Shown here: one piece after another, positions 1 through 14,097 of the stretch
How the letters are laid out: the number at the start of each line of letters is the position of its first letter
Numbering within the stretch: the first letter of the stretch is position 1
Notes under the pieces: model-generated
What the model was told of the DNA's origin: nothing
Seen by the model: the letters and a program-made list of their open reading frames with translations, nothing else
The model's database searches: none
Made by a program: the position numbers and the translations under genes
NCBI RefSeq assembly: GCF_006345805.1
Contig: NC_042997.1
Location: 63,178,001-63,242,000 of the forward strand
DNA from: Octopus sinensis
Taxonomy: Eukaryota
Length of the DNA: 64,000 nucleotides
Reading direction: 5' to 3'

Positions 1-222
1 AATGACTTTGTATACGCAGCAGCCACTGCAGCCACAAAAGAAGCTGGATACTCACTGAAACCCATCCAAACAGGAGTACCACCACCCAAACAAACCCTGT
101 GGATAAATAACATCCGAAACAAAATACAAAAATTGAGAAAAGATCTGTCGATTCTTAATGAAATCAGTAGACAATCAACGCTACTGAGCAACAAAAAGAA
201 AACAAAAATACTCCGCAAATAA
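1..222 (+). mobile_element. R4/Dong-type non-LTR retrotransposon fragment (region N-terminal to RT), cut by window start
   Basis: Frame 1 reads NDFVYAAATAATKEAGYSLKPIQTGVPPPKQTLWINNIRNKIQKLRKDLSILNEI, then a stop. This resembles the 'YAxA...PxWxxRIxxKIxxLRxDLSxL' segment upstream of RT in R4/Dong ORFs. Confidence 0.7.
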
Positions 223-840
223 TAACATCGAAAAATACCTTAGGAATGAGAACCGAGGAGATGGAAACAAATATCCGTCAATTGTAAATAACGTAAAAGT
301 TTTATGTCTCTGTCCTAGATGAGCTGCATTCGCCACGGGTATCTCCTTTTCCCCTGGAAAATCTGTGTAATCCATAGATGGGTGTTTGATGCGGGTCAGA
401 ATGAGCATCAGAGTAACGGTATTTAAGGGGTGATCCCACACTCCCTACAACTCTAGAACTCTCGAACTAGAGCCTCACCACCGGATGCAGTTTATATATA
501 TATATATATAATGATGAAAGGACTACGTGTTATGGTATAAAAATTTCAAATTAGTTACAACAGTTTCGATAACTGGTGGAATTATCACATCAATCAACAT
601 GCCGGCATCATACGTAGATAAAATATAGACGTTATATAAAGCTTCTGTAAATCCATGCGATATTGAATGAAAGTGTTATCTCATCTCGTTTCGATTTATC
701 CCCTGCGATAGATATTTTGCGCTTATAACGGATACATTTCCGTTCTTTTTTTTAGTTTATATACATTTTGAAATTAACTGTCATTCGGATTTTGCATGGA
801 ATGTTGACTGAAGTATTCAACTGTATGCCTTCCTCTTACT

Positions 841-901
841 ACTGACACATACATATATACATGCATACATACATACATACATACATACATACATACATAC
901 A
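841..901. repeat. (CATA)n microsatellite
   Basis: Direct reading. Confidence 0.95.
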
Positions 902-1087
902 TTAACACATATAGGTAAAAACCACAACAGTACGAGTAAATTTGTGGTAAAGAGGAAACAAACAAATTATGCTAATCGAAAGAATGTGCATGAAAAGTGT
1001 AAAAATATAAAATGAATAAAAGAAACAAAAGTATAGGAAAAACGTGAGGTAAAAGCAGTGAAAAACGCCGGATGCCATAAAAAACGT

Positions 1088-1251
1088 CACACATACGCGC
1101 GCGTGCATAGACACATGCACACAAACGCGCACACAGAAATACACAGCCACACAACCACACAAACACACAAACACACACACACCCTCACTCACTTACACAT
1201 ACACACAAGCATATACACACGCACACGCACACGCACACACACTCACTCACA
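1088..1251. repeat. Compound (CA)n/(CG)-interrupted microsatellite
   Basis: Direct reading. Confidence 0.9.
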
Positions 1252-3169
1252 TTAATGTTTGTTTTTATGTCGGGTACTAATAAAAGCAATTGAACATTAA
1301 AAGTTAAGAGTTACTCGATGTTTTTTGTAGTGTAAATATTTATTATAATTTCACATTTTTATTGTACTTTTATTATTTAAAAAAATTAAAATATATCATA
1401 AATATGGTTTCAAATAAGTTAAGCTACAAATAGAATAGAATGAATTCACCTATAAATATTTAATGCAATATAATCGTCAAGCTTTACTTTCCCCAAACAC
1501 ACAGGTTAAAATTTTAAAATAGTCATCAAGTAACAACAATAATAAAATATAGTTCCACAACTGTTAACCGACTAATCTTTCACTCGCATTTTTTGTGAAC
1601 CCCAAAACATTAAAAAGCAAATTTCCATTGTAGTCACTCCATCACCACGATGTGACACACACCATTACAAAATTTGCCACGCTTGACTGAGCTCTGAGCA
1701 ATATAACACAACTCCAGCTCGAAACAATAAAACCTTATATAATATCTTGCCACTAGCTCTCAACTTTTAAACCATGTTTATATTCAACTAAATATATTAC
1801 TCAGATGGAGATAAACTAAGTTATTATTCCTCATAGCTCTATTTACCACAGAAAAACAACCTACAAGTATAATGGAAGGAAGGGTTTTATGATAATTTTG
1901 GGGTATCTTCTTCTTCCATTATAATTATTATGTTGATTCAAGGAGCTGGAATTACGAAGAATGAAGTTCTCAGGCGGAGTAAATTCAATAACCGTTCATT
2001 CACAGGTGCTTCGTACAAGGGGTTGCTTCCAGAAACCATCTTCACAGCAGTGCATAGTTAGCCTTCTCTCTCATACACGTTAGGTTCAATAACCTCTGGA
2101 GACAATGCAAGTGGTATCACAGCGGGGCAAAAGTTCGCTGTGAGCTCCTGGCTTCGAAGTCTTGCTCAACGTCAGCGGAAGAAGAATAAGAGGGAAAATG
2201 TTGTCTTTTCCTTAAATAATGATTGCAGCCGAGATCTCGTTTTTGTCTCGCGTATGGCAATGGTTGCAGGCGAGATATCACTGCTTCAAAATGACGCTGG
2301 CTTCTTTGTGCCTCGCTACACCAGAGACAATATAACAAGATGAACCTAGATGTACTAACTTTCGACGAAGGTTGGCTGGCCGAAACTTCGAAATCACTGT
2401 TACTCTCCTTCTTTTCAAAGTACAATATACGTATATGTGTGTGTTTGTTTGCTTGTGTGTGTGTGTTATGTGTGTGCGTGTGCGTGTGCTCATGTGACCA
2501 TATCTCATTGATGTAGAAAGTATCTCAAAGTGAATTTTACCTGGGTTTTGTAGAAAGTCAACAACTGACCTGGGAAGGAGTTTCCGGCATAATGACATAA
2601 TGTTTTCGTTACGTTTTACAATAAGTAAGACAGTCATACATAGACAGTCAAATATAGTATCAGTAAAAAAGCCAATAGGAGAACCTCTCTCTCTTTGTGA
2701 TCATCCGATCTGCTATAAGTAGCAGCCAAATTATCCACAGCTAACAACCTGCTGCGTTATGCATTGTTCCTAAAATACCAGCAAGTTCAAAGTTTCGACT
2801 CCTTTGCCTGTAATCTGATCCGTGTCAGGAAAATATCGAGAAAAATTAAAGAGAAAATATACTGCGAGTTTGTTGGACCTGAAAGAAATTGCGGCGAAAT
2901 TTCCAAATCATTCCCTGTAGTCTGAAAATCGGACGGTATTTTCATGATTACAACGAACAGTAGTATCATAGTAGGCTTGCCTATGAGAGAAGACCATGCT
3001 AAACAATAATATCGGTAAAACAGAATCAACGACTGTTATATATTATTGATGGATGTTCTTATATATATGTATTATAGAATTTTCTCGCGCGTTCCGTTCT
3101 TCATGTTACGTGAAAATTGTTCATGTTTATCCACTATTTGGAATAGAAAATAATTTGTTGTCTGCTGTA

Positions 3170-3545
3170 AGGTGTGTGGTAGGACGTTTGCACGTCAGCC
3201 ATATGGTTTCAGGTTCAGTTCTGCCATGTGGTAGCTTGGGAATATTCCTTTTACCATAACCTAGGGCCGATCAAAGCATTGTGATTGGAATTTGTAGACG
3301 GAAACTGAAGGAAGCTCTTTGTATATATGTATAATATTTATGCGTGTATGTGTGTGTGTGCGTGCGTGTGATACCCCCACCACGTGACAATAGGGGTTGG
3401 TTTGCTTAAGCTTCTGTAACTTGGCGGTTCCATAAAAAGGGATGATAGAATAAGTAGCAGATTTTTTAGAAAAATAACTACTGGATCGATTTATTTTTGT
3501 TACAGCATGACTATAGTCCAATGAATGAAATCGATAAAAAATAAA
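3170..3545 (+). mobile_element. tRNA-derived SINE family S1 (head, internal microsatellite, tail), diverged copy
   Basis: Shares gtgtggt..ggttcagt..gggccgatcaaagc..gtagacggaaactgaa and the tail gtaactt.gcggtt..gatagaataagta with the copy at 37787. Confidence 0.7.
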
Positions 3546-3869
3546 AGATTACATAAAATGTATTAGAATTTACTCCAATATTGTGTGGCATCTCAAGACA
3601 TATTTCCAGTCATTGCATTACTTAAAAACAAACCATGCGGTTAGTGGGATCATCAGGTCATCGGCACTGCCTTATGTGTACAGTTAACATAAACCTGCTG
3701 TGCCAATGTAAATTCTAAATAGATTGTCTTGATTTAACCCTAAGTCAAATGGAACTGTGCTAACCTATTGTTAAAATTGGATCTTTTCGATACCAGGTCC
3801 ATTTCCTGAAAAATATACACACCGATATAGTCTTTCGTGTGTCACTCCGCTGGTAATACAGAAATCAAT

Positions 3870-4432
3870 TATTTTATTTCTCTGATCTGAAGGTGTGACA
3901 GGGATGAAATTCAGTGAAGGCTTCTAGTTCAGTACGTAAGGAGATGGCGATCTACTATGTAGAAGTGTGTATGGCTGGTTTAAGAAGTTCAAAAATAGTC
4001 GGACAAGCATGAAGCATGAAGAGGGAACAGGTTGCCCACCAACCTCCACCACTGAGGGATGATTCAACAAGCTCACAAGATGCTTCTGGTGAACCAATGA
4101 GTGACTGTCAATGAGGTGTCATGTTATCTGCAAATTTGTCATTCTCCAGCATACCAAATCATTACCGACAAACTACGCTCTTGTAAATATTTTGATAAAT
4201 GTGTGCCAGTCGCATGGAGATCTATCAACGTTTACTCAGCCGCTATAAGGATGCAGGCGAAGCTGTTTTGACGGGAATAGTCACAAGAAATGAAACACAG
4301 GTTCATCATTTTGAGCCAGAATACAAAAGGCAGATTATGTAGCAATACATCCGAAACCTCCAGCGAAAAAGAAATTCAAGACTCAATCTTTTGCCGAAAA
4401 AGTGATGTTTACCGTTTGTTTTTTGACGCAGG
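3870..4432 (+). pseudogene. Tc1/mariner transposase remnant
   Basis: Frameshifted pieces IVTRNETQVHHFEPEYKRQ (approx. IVTGDETWVHHFEPESKRQS) and PAKKKFKTQSFAEKVMFTV, plus an HTH-like region upstream. Confidence 0.8.
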
Positions 4433-5343
4433 CATGCGGACCACTAGAAGAAGCGTATCGAGAAGCAAGGACAGTGTGTCGAAAAAAGATATATTTGTTC
4501 AACTCTTGCTTTTGTTTTAATCTATAATAATAAATGGCAAGGTTTTGCTGTTCAAGAATATTAGTAAAAGCTTCTGTATAATCACTGGCAGTTTCATCAG
4601 TAATTTTTATGTTGGACAAATTCAAGGGTTTCTTAAACATTTGAAATCAGATTTTTCTTGCCAGAAAATGTTTTTCATTAGAAGTTTCCGTTACCTCTTT
4701 CTGCAAGTTATCAAGCGAACTTTTTGCAGTTTTTTAAATTACTATCGTGTTGAGAACTTCGCTTAATTTTCATACTTTGACAGTATTGCTGATTCATTCT
4801 GCAGCATCAAGTTTAGAAGTGTAATCCCTTTAACGGTTCCTTTTCGCACTATTACCCTGTGTTCCACTTGATGGTTTCGTTACAGACTTCTTTAATTATA
4901 GGTAAATTTAACAAAGGCAGCGGTCAACAATTATACACATCAAATAGCTAGGAGAAAAACAGCACAAAGTAAGAACTATCTCATAAGAAAAAAATCTTAT
5001 ACTTTTATTTCTATAGAAGTAATAATAGAAATGCCAATGTGATGGAGTTTTTAGCAATGCATACACCAACACTTGCATACATTCATTTACGCATTCCCTC
5101 CACACATAACACACATATATACATGTATATATATATATATATTCACCCAAACAAATACACACATACATGTATGAGACGCTCCCAAAAGTGGATTATTGAA
5201 GATTCATACATTTTTAAGATCTCAGAAAGAAAAGAACAGCAACAACAAGAAAACAAACATAATCACTACCGCTGACACTACAACTGTTACTTCCCATTAC
5301 AACCTTATTAATACAGTAGCTAATAATAATACCGTCGCTAAAA

Positions 5344-5345
5344 CG

Positions 5346-5377
<32 letters not shown>

Positions 5378-5432
5378 GCCGCCGCTGCCGCCGCTGCCGC
5401 CGCTGCCGCCGCTGCCGCCGCTGATACTACTG

Positions 5433-5507
<75 letters not shown>

Positions 5508-5511
5508 TCAC
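5344..5511. repeat. (CTA)n microsatellite with an embedded (GCCGCCGCT)n block
   Basis: Direct reading. It explains the poly-L/P/S/V ORFs at 5196-5569. Confidence 0.95.
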
Positions 5512-6320
5512 TGGCGTTAACTGATACATCTTTCATTCTTATGAGACCGTAAATAAACACATAACACATAGCATGGCCTAAAGAAATTGATTGGAAATAC
5601 TTTATACGTGTTAACGTTGCAGTCTCTTGCTAGCATTGCTACATATCAAATCCTCTGCAATTAGACGTAATTATACAAGTTATCACAGTCGAAGAATGTT
5701 TGCAAATTTAGATAGATTCGCGTGCCATTGGGAGATGTATTTGCTCATAGCTTACCTAAACATTTAAATTTCTTTCTCGGAAGAATAGCGTAACTACAGT
5801 ACTTTCGTATCCCTACGGCATCCAACCTATCCAAACTTTCGGAAGTTTATTAAATTAATTTTCCTTTCAATGACCAGACTCTCTGTATTTACAGACAGAT
5901 GAATATATTTCCGAGCATTGCATTTTCTACTGGTATCTGTTACATTATCAGTTCAAGCCACAGAAGAGGACCTCTACGTAGTCGCTTGACATGCTAGAAA
6001 AAAACACTTAAGTTATTAACGGAAATACAAGATGTTCGATAGAAAATATATAAATGGCAAAACATATGGACATAATTTATAAAAACTTAAAATCACGTGT
6101 TAAGGTCATCTCTATAAATTTTACATAGATATTATAACCAGCACTAAGTTTGTTACGATTATTCGTATCTAAAACGGCAGATGTAAATAAACAATAAGAT
6201 CGAAGATGAAAAATGGGTAATGCGCGTGTAAGCCATATTTCGGCAGTTTTTGTTTCTTCATTAAGACCCATCTAACCTACTAATCACCCACGATCTCATT
6301 GATTAAATATCAGTGTTGGC

Positions 6321-7214
6321 TACGAGGAAGTACCTAAAAGTAACCGGAAACGTTATCCGTGGGACAAACCAATTGTACTTCAGGTTTCGCCTCAAGAAAC
6401 CCCTTGATGCGACCATCGGCCATCAGTCTACCGAAGTCGTCCACTGAGGTAGTACTGCCACGTGTTGCGTGTTTGTTTTACATTGTTTCTCCCCTATTCG
6501 TCGAGTTTTGCGATGACTGAAAAGAAGAAACAGCGTGCTTCCGTGAAATTCTGTTTTCTGCTGGGAAAAACGACATTCGTAACAGTTGTCATACTTCAAA
6601 TACCCTGCAAAGCCGCTAACCATGAGCAAAGCACAAGTTTATAAGTGGTGTTCACGCTTTAGGAATGGACATTTGTCGCTTGGTGACCAATCTCGTTAAG
6701 GACGACCGTCGACCGCTCGAACGAATGAAAACATTACTAAAATTCATGAAATAATGTTGGACCATTGCCAAGCAATTGACGAACTTGTTTATGTGGCTGG
6801 TGTGTCCTTGAGCCCCTGCCAATAAATTTCGAGTGAAGAATTGCAAATGAAAAGAGTTACAACAAAGCTTTTGCAGCGTTTGCTCACCGACGATCGAAAG
6901 CAGCCACGACTGAATGAGTGTCGTGAACTGTAAGATGGGTTGGAAGTTGATACAGACATTTTCTCGAAGGTCATCAATGGTGAAGAAAGCTGGTACTACG
7001 GAATTTGCAGACGTGGACGACATGAAGAAAAGAACAACGGAGGCCTTAAAAGGCATCACTTCGCTAGAGTTCCTGAACTGCTTCGAACAGTGAAAAATGC
7101 GTCTGAACAGATGCATTGCTTCAAATGGAGAATATTTTGAACGCGATAAAAAAGTGTAAACATGTAAATAAAATAATATTGCATGATTCTGGTTTCTTTT
7201 AGGCACCACTCATA
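6321..7214 (+). mobile_element. Internally deleted, inactive mariner element with both TIRs
   Basis: 5' TIR tacgaggaagtacctaaaagtaaccggaa (6321) against the reverse complement of 7187-7214, tatgagtggtgcctaaaagaaaccagaa. Coding remnants MTEKKKQRASVKFCFLLGKT, KVINGEESWYYG and C-terminal RLNRCIASNGEYFE. Multiple stops, and the central catalytic region is missing near 7027. Confidence 0.85.
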
Positions 7215-10200
7215 TAATTTCTAAGAATAATCTCTAGAGATGACCTTAACACATGATTTAAGAGCACCGCTAACACAGTTGTACACGGTGTTGACTTACC
7301 AAAACGTTTATTATACTTTGTGGTACATTATGGTTGCCTAACGAAATACCGTGTCACTATAAGTCTTTAATATTTGATAAAATATTCCAGAATATATTTT
7401 CTGGAAAGATTTTGGAATGATCATGACTGGAAAATTTTGGTCATACGTCTACCTGCTCAGAGTTGAACTAGGATAGCCAGTTGCCTACACTGGCGAAAAT
7501 GTTGCTTGTTGCCATTAAAAGCAAGGGACGGCAGTCGGGTAAGGACACACTGTGGTAGTGAGAAGAGTAAGATCAATCGTTCCTGCTACTTCACTGCTAT
7601 TTTACTGTTTTCATCTCATCCTGCGAAGGAGGGTGGAAAACAAAGTTGACCTCGGCGAGATTTGAACACAACACAAATACTAGAATAAACTTTGTCCGAT
7701 GTAATAAGGATCCTGCAAACTGCCGGTCTGCGATTCATGCAGTAGGGTTGTTGGGCAGTGGATTGTAGAATCTTTACTAGACATTCATGCGAATTCTTTA
7801 TGCTGTTGTAAAATACTCTCGAGCAAATATAATACGAGGAAAATTTCTACTGTAGTTGCTTCAGATTGTGAATATCTCTTATTACCTCTTCGTAATTAAT
7901 TAGAAAGATCACTGCAGTTAGGAGATGATAATTTAGCAATGTTGATTTGTCACAATTGAACCGATGTCTTTCTCTTGAAACCGTGCAAACGCAGTTAGGT
8001 GTGTCTTAGATATGAATGCGTAACTTCGGTTGGGAAAGCTATCATGAGAAAGAACATTGATATCTTCTGCAAAGGAGTGTGCCAACCTAGTAATATAGTA
8101 AACTTTGAAAACGTTGTCTTAAGAAGACAATGAAAATTACACTGACATCAAATTCTTCAGAGGAAAAGTAAGTTTTGAATCAAAGCGACCAAAAATATGG
8201 TAATTAGCATTTTGTTGGGAAAATATGATTAATCAGTGATGAATAATATACAGGAAAAATGTGCATGTATTATTTAATTTTTTTCTATAGTGTTTATAAT
8301 TTGCGGTTAAAGCTTTGTTAAAGAATTTTGGAAAATAGGATAGGTGTGACATCATCCAGTCTTTATGAAGAGAATTGATTACAAACTAATAAGATTCAAA
8401 CTGAACGCTAGAAAATGTAAATGTCAATTCTGAAGAATCCCATGTAACTATTATCTTCCTCGATTATCCTAACAGAGTATTTGACACATCTTAACTCAAA
8501 CGACACGAAAGAATCTGAAATGTTATGTCTCTTTATTCCTATCAAAATTACTAATCTTGTAAAAGTAAGTCACTTAAGAGAAAGAGCCCATCTGTCGTTT
8601 GAGCGTTTGATGGGTTACTGAATTACATGGGCTTTAAAAACGAGCAAATCCTTTAAAAGAGGAACTATACTATTGGTATTTAAATACAACGGTCCTTTCC
8701 ACATCTCTCTACTCAAAGAGTAACCTTTTTGTAGCTTCACCTATTAGGATAGTATTTTCATTAAACTTGCTGAAATTACACTCTGCTGTCTTAAAGAAAT
8801 TATACATCCTATAAATAAACATGATGGCCCTGTGTTAATGATTGAAGCTCTTTACATTATAGTTTTTTGAATCAAAGCTGACGTGAAGTTAAACGTAGGC
8901 AGCAAAAACAACAACAACAACATTCTCTTTTATACAAACCATCGACCATTAGAGTAGTGTCTGAAACATTATCGCATCCCTCATCAATACTTCTCACATT
9001 TACTCCAATTTCGTGTCGTTAGTTAAGTCTAGGTGACACTTGATCGAGTTCTACTATCAAAGCATTCCAACCATTCGTATTTTATTTTTAGGCACGTTTT
9101 CAACGTGTCTTATGATTATTAGACAGTGTTTCTACCAGGTTGAACGAACAAGTATAGGATTCCTTTCCCAACTCTAATTTGAAGAATTGAAACATAGTTA
9201 TCGTTTGTTATACATTTCGGAGAGATGGATCTATTCAACAAATGGTTATTATTTATAACAAATTAACCTAAATTTATTGTCGTTATCCAACTGTGTTTCC
9301 CATAAACAAATAAAGATAAATCTGAAATGTAACTACCAGCTACTATCAATACACTCTAGGTATAATACACACTGTAATTAAGTTGGATGCGAAGAATTCT
9401 TTGAGGAAGTCTGTACAGCTTTTGTATTACATTTATGTTTGTAGTTTTCCGTTGATTTTCAGTACAATAGAAAACATACAAAATACAGTGAAAACAACGT
9501 TATTTATTTTACTTTTCTTCCATATATATATATCAATCAGGTGTGAAATGTTTGAACCTGACTGATAACTTGTAACAATACAAAATGTGATAATCTGTCA
9601 TTATATGGAAGAGATAAAACTAATCTGTTTTATATCTCTTCCACGATAAACACAAAATATGAAAGAGCAAATGAAAATAATCTAGAATACATAACAAATG
9701 TTAAAATGTAGGAAAATATTTCAGGACAAGTAGCAGAATTATTTTTCATTTATCACTAGCGGAATCAGTAGAAAAGTTTTGACGCCTTTACTTTGTATTA
9801 TTTATGTACAGTGTTAGCAGAATTCTTCTACGATGCGAGATCAGCTTATTGATTTCCCGTCTATTTTAACATGATTTAAATCTTCGGAAGTTGAAATATA
9901 TTCAATATTAAAAGAGAAAAAGCAAAACTTCCAATGACGTTAGTGATACGCTAACACGTCACTCAAAGAAATTTCATATATTCTTTCTATCATTTTCCAG
10001 ATGATCAAACTTGAAATCATTGTCTGATTTATACCTTTTTATGCTTTATGATTAAACTACAATACATATCAAGAAAATGAAATCCCATTTTCATTTTAAA
10101 TTTTATGGATGGTTAATTCATCTTAAGTTAACATGTATTATTATACAACTAGTTAAACGGAACACAAATGGTGGTTCGATAATTACAAACTTATAATTAA

Positions 10201-10320
10201 TACTTCAGTATTGTTAAATTGTCTTTTCCGGTTTCTGAATAAACAGCATAATTACATTATTTAAAAATAATTCAATGAATAATGTATCTTGTTGTTCGAA
10301 CCCACCAGCCTGATAATGAT

Positions 10321-10492
10321 AAAGAAACCAGAATCATGCAATATTATTTTATTTACATGTTTACACTTTTTTATCGCGTTCAAAATATTCTCCATTTGAA
10401 GCAATGCATCTGTTCAGACGCATTTTTCACTGTTCGAAGCAGTTCAGGAACTCTAGCGAAGTGATGCCTTTTAAGGCCTCCGTTGTTCTTTT
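10321..10492 (-). repeat. Inverted copy of the mariner 3' end (7028-7199)
   Basis: The reverse complement matches 7028-7199 with no mismatch I could find, including the inactivating TGA. Confidence 0.9.
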
Positions 10493-12299
10493 ATATCCTT
10501 GATTACCGTTCCTTTTTTGTATACCAGTAAATACATTGCCCACTGTAATCTTCATGTAGGAAAAATGGCTAAAATTTGAGGAACGTTTGGTTGCTAATTC
10601 TTGTACGTCGATTGACCGTGAAGAGGTTATTAATTAATTTTGACTTCTTGTGACGTTGAGCAATGTCCTCCTATTCTAATGCTAAAAACGATATTTTGAT
10701 CGTAGAGTCCCTAATTGCAAACCTATTAAAAATCTGGAAAGTAATAACAAAGTGCATTGTCAGTATTGTGACATTGAAATCAAAAGGCAATGTTTTCAGC
10801 TAAACAACCATTTTAATTATACACTATATCATGATAGTGTTTATTGCAGATCGTGCATTGCAGGAAAAATCTTTTTGGTTTACATCACTGAATGTATTAT
10901 GGTAAGACTAATTTTACTGTTTCTATTGATGTGTCAGTAAATATTTATGTTCTTTTCAATACTGAATAAGATTCCTTGTTGGTGATAATTCAAAGCCACA
11001 TAGTGCTAAAATCGATATACTTGAATACCTAGATTCAAGTAGTTTCTCAAAGAGAAATGTGTTTGGCGAACAATCTGTAATGTGATTACTGATTTTAATG
11101 TCTACCATTAATACTAGTTAGGTAGTCGAACAACTGACATTGTCGGATGACTCAATCAGAAAAATATTCCAACACATGACTATAAGAGAACCAACACAAG
11201 GAAATTACATTCTCAGCCTTATTCTGACAGATGTTCCAACAAAATAAGTCACAACTCGCACACAAATCAAGAGAGAACCTCTAAATTGACACTCAACTTG
11301 CTAATACAGCAGTCAAATCATCGCACGATCACACCCATATCATACTAAATAATGAAGGACACTGGATAACGTAGAGTTATATATAATTTGTCACGAAAAC
11401 GATGGGCTGCTCACAGCTGGAAAAATTGTTCGCAACTCTGCTTGATAAGTGCTGACCAGGAGCAAGCAACAACAACCTCCTCCTCCTCATCATCATCAAT
11501 GCCAATTTTATTTCTTTATTTCTTTATCTCCACCTCGAATAATTTGGATAGCTTCTTTTCAATTTTTAATTTGTTTCCTGCCAAGTTCGACATGTTATTT
11601 CTTCCTTCGGAATCAGTGAAACAAGAATAAAGTAAAGGTTTATGAAATGTGACCTATATAATCAACAGTTACCCGAATTCTCTCAAAAATTGGGAAGATA
11701 TTTGGCTTAGTGCCTAATCCTGAAATCTATATTACTAATAAAAATCAATATGACTAATAAAAGGCAAGAATAATAAAACGCACAAAATAAGTATAAGTGG
11801 GAAAATAATGGAAGGATAAGGGAAATATATGATTTTTAGATGCTTAACATTCGAATTTCAGATCGCGTGGCCAAGTGTTAAAAGTATTGTAGTCGTGATC
11901 GCGAGATCGTGGCCTCGCTTTCCACACTGGGTGGTGCGTTGCCTTCTAGACCATAACAATTCATTCAACGTTGATCTACTATCACTTTAACATGTGATGT
12001 GTGGTACACAGCACAACTAATCAGGCAATGTAGTTTTGAATGAGTGAGTGAGCTAAAGTACAACACAGGCATTTCATCACTATAAACATATCATCTGTAC
12101 AGGCTGTTTAGCAAGGAAGAGCAGGACCATCTTTCTCTGACGCGAGTGACTACCATAAATATTTGAATATTAAAATAGAGACTATTACAGATTCCGTGTG
12201 TTAATATTTAAATATGGAAAAAAAGCCTTTCACAGATTTTGGTATACTAATCACATTATGTGTATCTCCAATTTCACTTTTAACATCTTTCACTTGTTT

Positions 12300-12561
12300 C
12301 ACTCACTAGACTGCAGCCATGCATCCTTGAATCATTACTCGAATTAATTGACCCCATGACTTAATTATATGTTAAGCCTGGTACTTACCCAAAGGGTCTC
12401 TTTTGCAGAACCACTAGGTTACGCGGACGTAAACACACCAACTCCAGTTGTCAAGAGGTGGAAGGGGACAAACACAGACTCAAAGGCACACGCACACACA
12501 TACGTAGATACATGCATACATACGTGCATACATACATTCATATTCATACACACATTCATAA

Positions 12562-12602
<41 letters not shown>

Positions 12603-12750
12603 AATATAACACGGGCTTCTTTCTGTTTCCGTCTACCAAATCTACTTAGAAGACCTTGGTCGGATCGAGACTACAGAAGCAGACATTTGCCCAAGAACCC
12701 CGGAAACAAGTGATTTGGAAGCAATTTTCTTAACAAACACATACGCCAGC
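12300..12750 (-). mobile_element. SINE family S1
   Basis: Reverse complement contains gtagacggaaacagaaagaagcccg, the internal (TA/TG) tract and gtttacgtccgcgtaacc..ggttctgcaaaagagacc. Confidence 0.75.
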
Positions 12751-14008
12751 AGTCGCATTCTACCAAGCTTTGTCGTCGGAAATGTCTTTCTGTGACAGGT
12801 GTTTTTCATGGAATGATTCAAACTGAGCTCTGTAAGGTGAAAAAATTACCCCAATAACAATTTGAATTTTAAAATGTATTTTTCCATGGTACCCTATGGT
12901 ATAGAACTATTAAGTATAGAACAATTTAGAGATTGCTATTTGCCTGCCTATGAAAGTTTTTTTCAGTTGGTTGATATAAACTTATCTCTTAGGCTAATAT
13001 AACTCTCCTCAGCTATATGATGGTCTAGTTGGACCTTTGGTGATATCTTCGACACATAATTTCATCCTAGATGGAGAATCTCCTTGAAACTTTTTGCAAA
13101 GAACTTGCAGATAAAAGTGTTACCAGTTGCAAGCTCTGCATACCGGATGCCAGCAATCTTATGGGATCATCAAGGAGAAAAAGCATGCTGTTTTGGGGTT
13201 TTCCCCTCAACGGTACTATTGCACAGCGGGCCTTCAATTTCACTGAAATGAGGCCCCTCTTGCTAAGTCAAGTGGTTACTAGGATTTGCTCAATATTCTA
13301 GCCATCTAAGCAATCTGCAGGGTTTTATCCGAAAGAAAGTTTCTGTACATGAGATATCAGCAATTTAGATTCATTTGAACACGAGCTAAAGATTTTGTGA
13401 GCAATTATAAGCGTAGTGGTTGCCATCAATTTTGTGTTAATAAGCAATACTCCATCATTACTTTGTTTTACTATGTAAATTTCTGCTACTTCATGTTCGC
13501 AGCATTAACGATATTTACAACCTTAGTTGTGTATTTATATATCGGCTCAGCGTTTGTTGTTCCTCGATATGAAGGACAACATAAAACGGCAAATTTCAAA
13601 TTTAAGTTAATTTCCACATTCAAATATTGCATTTGATGTATTCTAAAGATAATTGTAAATTCGTGTCCATAAAATAACTAATTGTATTTTGTAATTGTAT
13701 TTTCATTTAACTTGAATAATATATATATATATGAAACGTTTATTTTTCTCGGGTATAATATGGTCTTTTTATTTGATCTCACTTTCAGGCTTTACGTAAA
13801 CATAATTGAAAAACATTGCCAAACAAAACATTTTGTGATGATAAATAATATGCAAGCAATAATGACGATAATAGGTAAAAGAATCCACTTTGAAAATTAC
13901 ACCGATAATAAATATATATGAAATAATTCCCGTAATGCTTTGCTTGTTAAGTTAATGACTAGACATCATAGGTAAATTTGTGTTGCACTTAAGAGACAAA
14001 ACATAAAG

Positions 14009-14036
14009 ACACACACACACACACCACACACACACA

Positions 14037-14083
<47 letters not shown>

Positions 14084-14097
14084 AACACACACACACA
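14009..14097. repeat. (CA)n microsatellite
   Basis: Direct reading. Confidence 0.95.

Noticed and set aside
5196-5569. Poly-Leu/Pro/Ser/Val ORFs
   Set aside because: Triplet-repeat translation in all frames
10500-11200. Possible decayed DNA transposase on the minus strand
   Set aside because: Only vague motif resemblance across many stops
13071-13301. 76-aa ORF in a GC-richer patch as a possible host exon
   Set aside because: No recognisable domain and no convincing splice context. BLASTX is needed.
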